Shown piece by piece: positions 28,077 through 36,100 of a DNA stretch of 64,000 nucleotides; the stretch's first letter is position 1; each line of letters begins with the position of its first letter. A program made the translations under genes and the position numbers. Location: contig OZ240221.1 of the NCBI GenBank assembly GCA_965197675.1, positions 1,731,437 through 1,795,436 on the forward strand, in the 5' to 3' direction. The notes beneath the pieces were generated by a model. That model had not been told where the DNA came from. It saw nothing but the letters and a program-made list of their open reading frames with translations, and searched no databases. Origin of the DNA: Dehalococcoidia bacterium (GTDB lineage Bacteria; Chloroflexota; Dehalococcoidia; Plut-88900).

Positions 28077-28484
28077 CTATCCCTTCAATGGTTTGGCGAA
28101 GCTCAGCTCGTGCCCGTCTGGATCAGTCATGTGGAAATATCGCTCCCCCCACTCGGCATCCCTGGGAGTAGTATCGGGCTTCAATCCATTACCAATGGCT
28201 CGTTGGTAAAGAGCATCTACGTCGGAGACGTAGAAAATTATCCTTCCCCACCATCCTCTAGAGCTCCTGCTCTTGGCGATTATGTTCAGGTATCCACTCC
28301 CAACGGCAAAACTAGTGAAAGAGGCCCCTTCTCCGCCATACAGCATTCTGAACTCCAGTGTGCCATAGAATCGGACCGCCCTTGCCATGTCATCTGTGGC
28401 CAGAGTGACGGCGCTAATGGATTCAATGGAGGGCGTGGGATCAGCGGGATAGTCTGTTCTCTCTTGATCGGCTCGCATCAATCC
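28077..28484 (-). CDS. VOC family protein. The listed ORF was trimmed to the internal Met so that it does not overlap the convergent amidohydrolase.
   Basis: VOC-like 'ISAVTLATDDMARAVRFYGTLEFRML' and 'FHMTDPDGHELSF'. The upstream 127 codons overlap gene 28567-29712 and have no recognisable domain. Confidence 0.5.
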   Translation of the reverse strand, partial: GLMRADQERTDYPADPTPSIESISAVTLATDDMARAVRFYGTLEFRMLYGGEGASFTSFAVGSGYLNIIAKSRSSRGWWGRIIFYVSDVDALYQRAIGNGLKPDTTPRDAEWGERYFHMTDPDGHELSFAKPLKG

Positions 28485-28566
28485 GTCCGATGATGTTTGG
28501 TCATCAATTGAGATGATGTTATCATATCGGCTGAAGACAGACCTGGCTGGTATAGGGGGACAACCT

Positions 28567-29712
28567 ATGAAGTGGGTGGATGTGGACGGGCATGTATTGG
28601 AGCCTTCAGACCTCTGGTTAAACAACCTGGAAGCACCATACAAGAGCAGGGCCATGCACTTTGTGAAAGACGAGAAGGGCTTGGAAAACTGGAGCATAGA
28701 TGGACAGATACATGGGAAGCTGACCGATTCCACATCGGCGAACCTCGCGACCATCGGCAAGAGTATGGAGTGGAGGAGAGAGAATATCTTCGATAAGCAC
28801 TTGGTGAGCTGGGAAGATGGACGTGCTATGAACCCTCCCGCCTGTGACTCGTACCATCGCATCAAGATGATGGATGAAGAGGGAATAGACGTATCTTTCC
28901 TGTTTCCTTCCTTGGGGCTCTCATGGATGAGCCGAGTAAGTGATCCAGGGCTGGCGGCTGCTTATTGCAGGGTCTATAACGACTGGATAGTTGAGTTTTG
29001 CCAACCCTATCCCGACCGGCTTTTCCCCTGTCTGCTGCTTCCGCTGATTGACATAGAGGAGTGCATCAATGAGTTGAAGCGCACCTCCAATGTCTCTCCC
29101 AAGACCGTGATGTTCCCCAACTCTCCTCCTCAGAATAAGGCTTACGGTAATCGACACTGGTATCCGCTGTGGGCCGAGTTCCAGGAACAAGGTATTCCCG
29201 TTAGCCTTCACCCGGCCTCGGGGGGAAAGAGCGCTACGACAATACACTATCCGGAGCTGCAGAGGCCAAGTTGGTGGACTTTCACCGCCAATGGCCTGGA
29301 TAGCCCGTTGGGTTTCCTGAGCTTCTTTCAAGAGGCGGCCTTCGATCATTTTCCGGATCTGAAACTGCTGATCATGGAGACGGGCTGTGCCTGGATGCCC
29401 TGGCTGCTTCACAGAATGGATGAGAAACACGAAATCCTGGGGTTCACCACTCCTATGAAACTCAAGCCCAGCGAGTATTTCTACCGTCAATGCTGGATAT
29501 CTATGGACCCTGATGATGAGTTGGGCTCGGCTGCCATCAAGCTGCTGGGGGCTGACAAAGTCATATGGGCCTATGATTACCCTCATTCTGACTCCCCCTT
29601 GGAGCCGGTGAAGAGTCTTAAGAGAGCCCTCGCTGAGCTACCCGATGATGACCAGAGGAAGGTGGCCGGCGAAAACGCCATGAACATCTATAATCTGACG
29701 CTGGGCGACTAA
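28567..29712 (+). CDS. Amidohydrolase-2 family protein (ACMSD/LigW-like metal-dependent hydrolase or decarboxylase).
   Basis: 'MKWVDVDGHVLEPSDLW' is the start pattern shared with the four other amidohydrolase-2 paralogs in the window (M.xxDxDxHxxEP..LW). It ends with a 'DYPHSD' metal motif. Confidence 0.75.
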   Translation: MKWVDVDGHVLEPSDLWLNNLEAPYKSRAMHFVKDEKGLENWSIDGQIHGKLTDSTSANLATIGKSMEWRRENIFDKHLVSWEDGRAMNPPACDSYHRIKMMDEEGIDVSFLFPSLGLSWMSRVSDPGLAAAYCRVYNDWIVEFCQPYPDRLFPCLLLPLIDIEECINELKRTSNVSPKTVMFPNSPPQNKAYGNRHWYPLWAEFQEQGIPVSLHPASGGKSATTIHYPELQRPSWWTFTANGLDSPLGFLSFFQEAAFDHFPDLKLLIMETGCAWMPWLLHRMDEKHEILGFTTPMKLKPSEYFYRQCWISMDPDDELGSAAIKLLGADKVIWAYDYPHSDSPLEPVKSLKRALAELPDDDQRKVAGENAMNIYNLTLGD

Positions 29713-29732
29713 GAAATTAGAGAGGAACATTC

Positions 29733-30371
29733 ATGGATCCAGTTAAGGTACAGGTCTTCTCTGACTACACTTGACCCTGGTGCTATATCGGCCTGGTGAG
29801 GATCGAACAGCTACAAAAGGACTATGCAGTGGATGTGGAATGGAAGGCTTTTTTGCTCAACCCTGGCATCCCTGTGGAGGGCATTCCCAACCAACACAAG
29901 GAAGGTGAGGGCGACGAGCTAACAGGTCACCTGAAGCAAGCGGCGGAAGAAGCGGGATTGATGGATATGAAGGAGCAGGCCATAACCCCCAACTCCAACT
30001 CCTGCTTCGAGGCATCTGAGTATGCCAAGGACAAAGGCAAGTTCGATGAATACCACAAGGCTGCGTTCAAGGCATACTGGGAGAAAAGCGAGAATATAGG
30101 CGTACCGGAAGTTCAAAAAAGGATTTTCGAGGTGTGCAACCTGGACTGGGAGGATTTCAGTTCTCCAGACAGTAACGGACAGTACGCCAAGCGTGTCGAG
30201 GCCCAGCTAATGGAGGCCAACACGTATGGCCTGAGAGCCGTTCCTGCGTTTATACTGGACAGGTACCTATTGCAGGGAGCCCAGCCTTACGAAGTGTTTC
30301 AACAGGCCATGAACTTAATCCAAAAGGAAAGAGAGTCCAAAAGTGGGCTGTGGATACCTGGTGAAGATTAA
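29733..30371 (+). CDS. DsbA/FrnE-family thiol-disulfide oxidoreductase with an in-frame TGA at codon 14 (29772-29774), where the first Cys of the CPWC active site should be. It is either a candidate selenocysteine (UPWC) protein or a nonsense-disrupted gene.
   Basis: The ATG at 29733 has an RBS 'AGAGGA'. Translation gives 'MDPVKVQVFSDYT*PWCYIGLVRIEQL...', matching the FrnE/DsbA N-terminus '..SD..CPWCYIG'. The listed ORF (GTG 29796) is the same frame downstream of the TGA. Confidence 0.55.
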
Positions 30372-30399
30372 GAAGCCCTTTTGATGGGGGATCAACTCG

Positions 30400-30789
30400 A
30401 TGGATGATCAGGAACAAGACTATAAGAGAAGGCTAACGTCGGAGCAGTACCACGTAACCCGGGAGAAGGGTACTGAGTCACCCTTCTCCGGAGAATACTG
30501 GGCTGCCAAGGACGCGGGCATCTACCGATGCGTTTGCTGCGATACGCCCCTCTTCCCCTCCAAGACCAAGTACGATTCGGGTACGGGTTGGCCCAGCTTT
30601 TGGGAGCCCGTCGACGAGGGTAAAATCCATTCGGAACTCGACGAGTCGCATGGGATGGTGAGAACTGAGGTGATATGCGCTGAGTGTGATGCCCATCTGG
30701 GTCATGTCTTCCCAGACGGGCCTCCTCCAACTGGGTTGAGATATTGCCTCAATTCGGCGGCTTTGCGTCTGGATACTGAAGAAGAGTAG
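30400..30789 (+). CDS. msrB: Peptide-methionine (R)-S-oxide reductase MsrB.
   Basis: 129 aa. It has two CxxC zinc knuckles ('CVCCDTPLF', '[12 protein letters not shown]') and the catalytic 'RYCLNSAAL' motif of MsrB (SelR domain). Confidence 0.9.
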   Translation: MDDQEQDYKRRLTSEQYHVTREKGTESPFSGEYWAAKDAGIYRCVCCDTPLFPSKTKYDSGTGWPSFWEPVDEGKIHSELDESHGMVRTEVICAECDAHLGHVFPDGPPPTGLRYCLNSAALRLDTEEE

Positions 30790-30792
30790 GGT

Positions 30793-31278
30793 CTAGCTCG
30801 ATTCCCAGGTCTTCCAGTCTATCTCCCTGCCCGGGTAGGCAACGCTCTTGAACGGCCACTCCTTGCTTATCCAATCCTTGACTGTACTAAACAGCTTTCC
30901 ATCTAGGCCTGTATTGGCCTCGCTTTTCCGCACCCACATGTAAATAGTCGCGTCATTCTCAGGTTTGACGGGCGGGTATATGTACACACAGCCATAGTAT
31001 TTGCTCTCGTCAAGGCTTGTTACTTTGTAGACGAAGGACGTTTTAGTCTGGAACTCCTTGTTGTGCCACCCCAGGTCGATCATGTCTTGCTCGATACTCA
31101 GATCCTCGCTGGGCCACTCAGTGTGAGACCCGAAGACGCTCGTTAGGTTCTCTCTGCTTGACATAACAGCGTCATAGTCTTTGAATGTATCGTGAATAGT
31201 GAGCATGCTTAGTCGGAAGCCATCTCCCTGCAGGGATTCCGGGACCTCGAAGTCGTCGGGGACAAGGGTACTAGGCAT
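30793..31278 (-). CDS. Hypothetical protein, possibly a GNAT-fold N-acetyltransferase.
   Basis: 161 aa. The assignment rests on pattern resemblance ('GCVYIYP' and a beta-rich core) and is weak. Confidence 0.3.
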   Translation of the reverse strand: MPSTLVPDDFEVPESLQGDGFRLSMLTIHDTFKDYDAVMSSRENLTSVFGSHTEWPSEDLSIEQDMIDLGWHNKEFQTKTSFVYKVTSLDESKYYGCVYIYPPVKPENDATIYMWVRKSEANTGLDGKLFSTVKDWISKEWPFKSVAYPGREIDWKTWESS

Positions 31279-31622
31279 GTAGGATTCTACCTCTTGTTAC
31301 ATACAACCAGTATTGATCTGCGAACGTTCGTGTTGAACGGATAGGAGTGTATGAAGTTCTATCATCTGTGTCAAGAACGCGAGTACAGAGGACGAGTGCA
31401 AGCGCATTTTAGCCGAACCCCCACCCCGCCTGTCTGGACGCCCGGCGAAAGCCGGAAAAACGACTGACCGCGTCTCCCCCCCGAGCCTAAAGTTTACCCT
31501 GAGCGTAGTCGAAGGGAAGGGTGTTCCCCCTCACCCCCCCATGCCGTCATTCCACTGCCACCCCCTCTCCCCACCCGTCATTCTCGTGCTTGACACGGGA
31601 ATCCAGGGCTGGAACCTAGCCT

Positions 31623-31922
31623 GTTGTGCCACGCAGCTATATATAGAATGAGAACCTGCGTACTATAATGCAAATACTCATCTCGCTTACAAGGAGGTAT
31701 CACCCCTATTTCTCACGGAGGTCGTCGCCTAAGAGCAGAGGCTCCCAAGGGCAACCCGAACGGTCTGAAGCGTGGGCAAAACTCTCCCCGGATCCAAGAA
31801 CTTGTCAACACCCTCGCTGAAAACAAATTCCCGGCTCCTTTTCCATCGGAGGATGAAGTATCTCCGCTCACATGGTTCCCTTCGGTAAACTCAGGATAAA
31901 CTCTAAGCTCACCATGAGCGGA
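31623..31922. ncRNA. Copy 2 of the ~300-nt conserved non-coding element.
   Basis: Same conserved 5' and 3' blocks as copy 1. It forms part of a 484-bp tandem duplication. Confidence 0.45.
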
Positions 31923-32106
31923 GGTGTGTCGTATATCCCGCTCACTCTGAGCCTGTCGAAGAGTCACCCTGAGCGTAGTCGAAGGGAAGGGTGACCTCAT
32001 CCCCCATGCCGCCTGCCTGCTGCAGGCAGGTCATTCCACTGCCACCCCCTCTCCCCACCCGTCATTCTCGTGCTCGACACGGGAATCCAGGGCTGGAACC
32101 TAGCCT

Positions 32107-32405
32107 GTTGTGCCACGCAGCTATATATAGAATGAGAACCTGCGTGCTATAATGCAAATACTCATCTCGCTTACAGGGAGGTATCACCCCTATTTCTCAC
32201 GGAGGTCGTCGCCTAAGAGCAGAGGCTCCCAAGGGCAACCCGAACGGTCTGAAGCGTGGGCAAAACTCTCCCCGGATCCAAGAGCTTGTCAACACCCTCG
32301 CTGAAAACAAATTCCCGGCTCCTTTTCCCTCGGAGGATGAAGTATCTCCACTCACATGGTTCCCTTCGGTAAACTCAGGATAAACTCTAAGCTCACCATG
32401 AGCGG
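32107..32405. ncRNA. Copy 3 of the ~300-nt conserved non-coding element.
   Basis: It is about 97% identical to copy 2 and lies exactly 484 bp downstream of it. Confidence 0.45.
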
Positions 32406-33038
32406 AGGTGTGTCGTATATCCCGCTCACTCTGAGCCTGTCGTAGAGTCACCCTGAGCTTAAAGTTTACCCTGAGCGTAGTCGAAGGGAAGGGTGCTCTA
32501 GTTCTCTATGCCGCCTGCCTGCTGCAGGCAGGTCATTCCCGTGCTTGACACGGGAATCCAAGGGAGGGGTGTTGCACGAGGTGGATGTGCCCCCAGACCC
32601 CGAAACCTACCTGGGCAGGCGGGTCCAACCCCAAGCTGACGAAAAACTCAATCAAAATATAACGGGTCTTCGTGCCTGGAAAACCCCTAAAACAAAACTT
32701 TTTTTACAACTCAATCAAGTTTGAACGGGGACCAGAAAATTCAATCAACTTTCAAAGCTAAACAGAAAAGACAATCAAGTTGCCATACCCAAGCTCAGTC
32801 GGGATATGATGCAAGGCAATCGCATTTCGGCCAAAACCAGCTATGGCGGAACTCCCACCCCGCCTGTATGGACGCCGGCGAAAGCCGGAAAAACGACTGG
32901 CGGTGCACCCCCTATCTCAACATGCGATTGCCCTGTAGAGAGGACGAGTCTGGCCCTGGCTTGACACAGTACAATACGAAATGTAGGATGCTGATTGACT
33001 TTTGGGATTCCATCACAGGGAGGATATAAAAAGTTGAT

Positions 33039-34109
33039 ATGAAATTTGGCTTGATGTATGAAATCCAGATCCCGAAGGAAGTCTACCATCCGGGCATGGT
33101 GCGGGACCGCTACAAGCAGGTTCTGGCCCAAGTTTCCCTAGCAGATGAAGTAGGCTTCGACTACTTTTGGACTGTGGAACATCACTTCCTAAACGAGTAC
33201 TCCTATTGCTCGGCCCCTGAGGTTCTCTATGGTGCTGTTTCACAAGTTACAAACAAGATACGCATCGGCCACGCCGTAGCCTTACTCCCAGGGCAGTACA
33301 ACCATCCGATACGGGTTGCAGAACGGGCGGCAGTGCTGGATATATTGAGTGACGGCCGTATGGACCTGGGCACAGGCAGGTCATCCACAGTCATCGAAAT
33401 GGATGGTTTTCAGGTCAATCCGGAAGAGACCAGGGACCAGTGGGCAGAGGCCCTATCGATGATTCCAAGGATGTGGACAGAGGACCCCTTCTCCCACGAA
33501 GGGCATTTCTATCAGATTCCACCTCGCTCAGTTATTCCCAAGCCCGTGCAGGACCCTCATCCGCCTCTCTGGACGGCCTGCAGCCAGCCAGCCAGCTTTA
33601 AGATAGCCGGGGAGAAGGGCATAGGTGCTCTGTGCTTCAATCTCGATGGCATCGACGCTATAGCCGAGCGAGTGGCTGTCTATAAAGAGGCCGTCAAGAG
33701 TGCCAACCCTGTGGGTAAATTCGTTAACAACCAGATTGCTGCCATGTGCGTGACCTACTGCGGTGAAGACGAGGAAGAGGCTGTAAATGTGGCCGGCCCT
33801 CAAGGCGAGTGGTTCTTCAACAAGGCCGCGGAGACCTATTTCGGATGGCAGAGCAGGGCCGTGCCCGACTCTTATAAATTCGAACTATCGACTGCAACGG
33901 ATTCATACGCCTCAACCCTCGATGACCACCTCAACTCCGGAGCTTTCGCTATAGGAAACCCCGACTCTGTCATTAAAACCCTCAAGAAATATGACGAGGC
34001 AGGCGTAGACCAGATCCTATGCTTCGTACAGCCCGGCAATCTGGCGCATTCAAAGATCATGGACTCGATAAAGCTGTTCGGACGTCACGTAATTCCCTAC
34101 TTCCAATAG
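33039..34109 (+). CDS. LLM-class flavin-dependent oxidoreductase, first of a tandem pair.
   Basis: 356 aa. It has 'GFDYFWTVEHHFLNEYSYCSAPEVLYGAVSQ'. It is about 75% identical to the next gene. Confidence 0.8.
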   Translation: MKFGLMYEIQIPKEVYHPGMVRDRYKQVLAQVSLADEVGFDYFWTVEHHFLNEYSYCSAPEVLYGAVSQVTNKIRIGHAVALLPGQYNHPIRVAERAAVLDILSDGRMDLGTGRSSTVIEMDGFQVNPEETRDQWAEALSMIPRMWTEDPFSHEGHFYQIPPRSVIPKPVQDPHPPLWTACSQPASFKIAGEKGIGALCFNLDGIDAIAERVAVYKEAVKSANPVGKFVNNQIAAMCVTYCGEDEEEAVNVAGPQGEWFFNKAAETYFGWQSRAVPDSYKFELSTATDSYASTLDDHLNSGAFAIGNPDSVIKTLKKYDEAGVDQILCFVQPGNLAHSKIMDSIKLFGRHVIPYFQ

Positions 34110-34143
34110 AGTCGTCGACATCAAGCTCAAGGGAGGAAGACAG

Positions 34144-35214
34144 ATGAAGTTCGGGCTGATGTATGAGATCGCTATACCTGAACCACATCATCCTGGCGTA
34201 CAGCAGGAACGGTATAAGGAGGTGATGGAGCAGGTGGTCTTGGCTGATGATGTCGGCTTCGACTATTTCTGGACAGTAGAGCATCACTTTCTAAACGAGT
34301 TCTCCTACTGTTCTGCGCCGGAAGTGTTGTATGGTGCTGTCTCGCAGATCACCAAGCGAATAAGGATAGGGCACGCAGTAGCATTGCTGCCAAAGAACTA
34401 CAATCATCCAATACGGGTGGCGGAACGAGCGGCGGTGCTGGATATTTTGAGCGATGGTCGAATGGACTTGGGGACCGGACGCTCAGCCTCCCTCATTGAG
34501 ATGGACGGATTCCAGATCGACCCAGAAGAGACCAGAGAGCAGTGGTCAGAAGCTATCTCGATGATTCCCAAGATGTGGACAGAGGATCCATTCTCCCACG
34601 AAGGGCATTTCTATCAGATCCCACCCCGTTCTGTGATTCCCAAACCAGTGCAACAGCCTCACCCGCCGTTGTGGATGGCATGCGAGCAGCCGAAGAGCTT
34701 CCAGTTGGCGGGTGAGATGGGCGTGGGCGTGCTCTGCTTTGGCCTGAGTGGATATGGACAGCTTGGAGAGCGCGTAGATATATACCGTGAGGCTATCAAG
34801 AATGCCACACCGGTTGGTAAGTTCGTCAACGATCAGGTGGCCGCCCTTTGCTTGACCTATTGCGGAGAGGACGATGCCGAGGCCAAGAGGCTAGCCGGCC
34901 CTGAGGCTAAGTGGTATGTGCAGAAGGCGACTGAAACTTACGAGTCTTGGAAGACCCGCGACATTCCCGATACTTACAAGTTCAATATCCAGGCCGTCCA
35001 GAAGGAGAGGGTTGAGCAGACGATACAAGATCATCTGGATTCGGGCGCCTTCGTCATTGGAGACCCGGATGCCGTCATTGAAGGAATCAAGCACTACCAA
35101 GAGGCCGGAATAGACCAGATGCTCTGCATGATGCAGAACGGCCACTTGTCCCACTCCAACATAATGGACTCCATAAGGCTGTTCGGAAGATGTATAATCC
35201 CCTACTTCAAGTAG
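34144..35214 (+). CDS. LLM-class flavin-dependent oxidoreductase, second of a tandem pair.
   Basis: 356 aa and colinear with 33039-34109 ('GFDYFWTVEHHFLNEFSYCSAPEVLYGAVSQ'). Confidence 0.8.
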   Translation: MKFGLMYEIAIPEPHHPGVQQERYKEVMEQVVLADDVGFDYFWTVEHHFLNEFSYCSAPEVLYGAVSQITKRIRIGHAVALLPKNYNHPIRVAERAAVLDILSDGRMDLGTGRSASLIEMDGFQIDPEETREQWSEAISMIPKMWTEDPFSHEGHFYQIPPRSVIPKPVQQPHPPLWMACEQPKSFQLAGEMGVGVLCFGLSGYGQLGERVDIYREAIKNATPVGKFVNDQVAALCLTYCGEDDAEAKRLAGPEAKWYVQKATETYESWKTRDIPDTYKFNIQAVQKERVEQTIQDHLDSGAFVIGDPDAVIEGIKHYQEAGIDQMLCMMQNGHLSHSNIMDSIRLFGRCIIPYFK

Positions 35215-36098
35215 ATGGGACTGTGAAAGTCTACCTGATAGACGGCACCTATGAGTTGTTTCGAAGCCATTTCGCCCTGCCTTCCATCAGTGCACCAAGC
35301 GGTAGACCCGTTGGTGCCGTGCGAGGCCTGATTCAAACCCTCCTCCTATTGCTACGCGGTGAGGGCGTTACGCATGTAGGTTGCGCTTTCGACCATGTCA
35401 TCGAGTCCTTTAGAAACGATCTTTTTGCAGGCTACAAGACCGGTTCGGGCGTGCCTGAAGATCTGATGTCCCAGTTCGAGTTGGCTGAAAGAGCCGCTTC
35501 ATCCCTCGGCATCGTCATTTGGCCCATGGTCGAGTTCGAGGCCGACGATGCTATAGCTACAGCTACTGATAGGTGGAGAGATGATCCAGGCGTGGAGCAG
35601 GTGGTTATATGCTCTCCTGATAAAGACTTGATGCAGCTAGCACAAGGCGACAAAGTAGTGAGTTGGGATAGAAGGAAGGATGTGGTGCTGAACGAGACCG
35701 CAGTCGTCCAGAAATTCAACGTCTCCCCGGACTCGATCCCCGACTATTTGGCCATGGTCGGAGATTCGGCGGATGGGATTCCAGGCATCCCCAAATGGGG
35801 AGCCAAGTCAACTTCAGAGATGCTGAGATGTTACCGCCACATAGAGCAGATCCCCAGTGACCCGATGACTTGGGATGTGAAACCCCGGGGAACAGAAGCG
35901 ATGGCCAGGAGCCTAGCGGAGAACCGGCAGGAGGCTAATCTCTATAGGACGTTGACAACTCTGAGGCGGGATGCGCCTATTACCGAGACGTTGGACGATC
36001 TAGAGTGGAAAGGCGTACGGAGACAAGACTATCTGGACCTGTGCGAAGAGCTTGGCTTTCAGCGGTTGAAGGACTTACCCCACAAATGGACGGAGTGA
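35190..36098 (+). CDS. 5'-3' exonuclease (Pol I N-terminal-like / flap-endonuclease family). The real start is possibly the GTG at 35225.
   Basis: 'VKVYLIDGTYELFRSHFA' (PIN-like 5'-nuclease N-terminus), 'FEADDAIATA' and an H3TH region 'GIPGIPKWGAKSTSEML'. Confidence 0.7.
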   Translation: MYNPLLQVDGTVKVYLIDGTYELFRSHFALPSISAPSGRPVGAVRGLIQTLLLLLRGEGVTHVGCAFDHVIESFRNDLFAGYKTGSGVPEDLMSQFELAERAASSLGIVIWPMVEFEADDAIATATDRWRDDPGVEQVVICSPDKDLMQLAQGDKVVSWDRRKDVVLNETAVVQKFNVSPDSIPDYLAMVGDSADGIPGIPKWGAKSTSEMLRCYRHIEQIPSDPMTWDVKPRGTEAMARSLAENRQEANLYRTLTTLRRDAPITETLDDLEWKGVRRQDYLDLCEELGFQRLKDLPHKWTE

Positions 36099-36100
36099 GG

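Larger units (their letters stand above)
31546..32514. repeat. Tandem direct duplication, 2 x 484 bp. Each unit contains the hairpin module with a C-rich insert, the ~300-nt element and the 'CCGCTCA..TGAGCGG' words.
   Basis: 'GTCATTCCACTGCCACCCCCTCTCCCCACCCGTCATTCTCGTGCT[T/C]GACACGGGAATCCAGGGCTGGAACCTAGCCTGTTGTGCCACG' recurs at 31546 and 32030. The near-identical ~95-aa minus-strand ORFs here are artefacts of this repeat. Confidence 0.8.

Noticed and set aside
28485-28865. Long N-terminal extension of the VOC protein (listed ORF 28077-28865).
   Set aside because: The first 127 codons overlap the convergent amidohydrolase gene and carry no VOC or other motif. The internal Met 'MRADQERTD...' start gives a normal-length VOC protein.
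29775-29840. SECIS hairpin downstream of the in-frame TGA of the DsbA-like gene.
   Set aside because: By eye only 3-bp stems can be drawn (for example UC/GA around a GGCCUGGUGAG loop). Nothing resembles a canonical bacterial SECIS, so I list it as not found rather than as a feature. It needs computational folding.
31713-32451. Two near-identical minus-strand ORFs (95 and 84 aa, '...LRQAQSERDIRHTSAHGELRVYPEF...RRRPP') inside the repeat region.
   Set aside because: They are artefacts of the 484-bp tandem duplication. The proteins are low-complexity and Arg/Pro-rich, have no RBS, and lie antisense to the conserved element. They are not protein-like.
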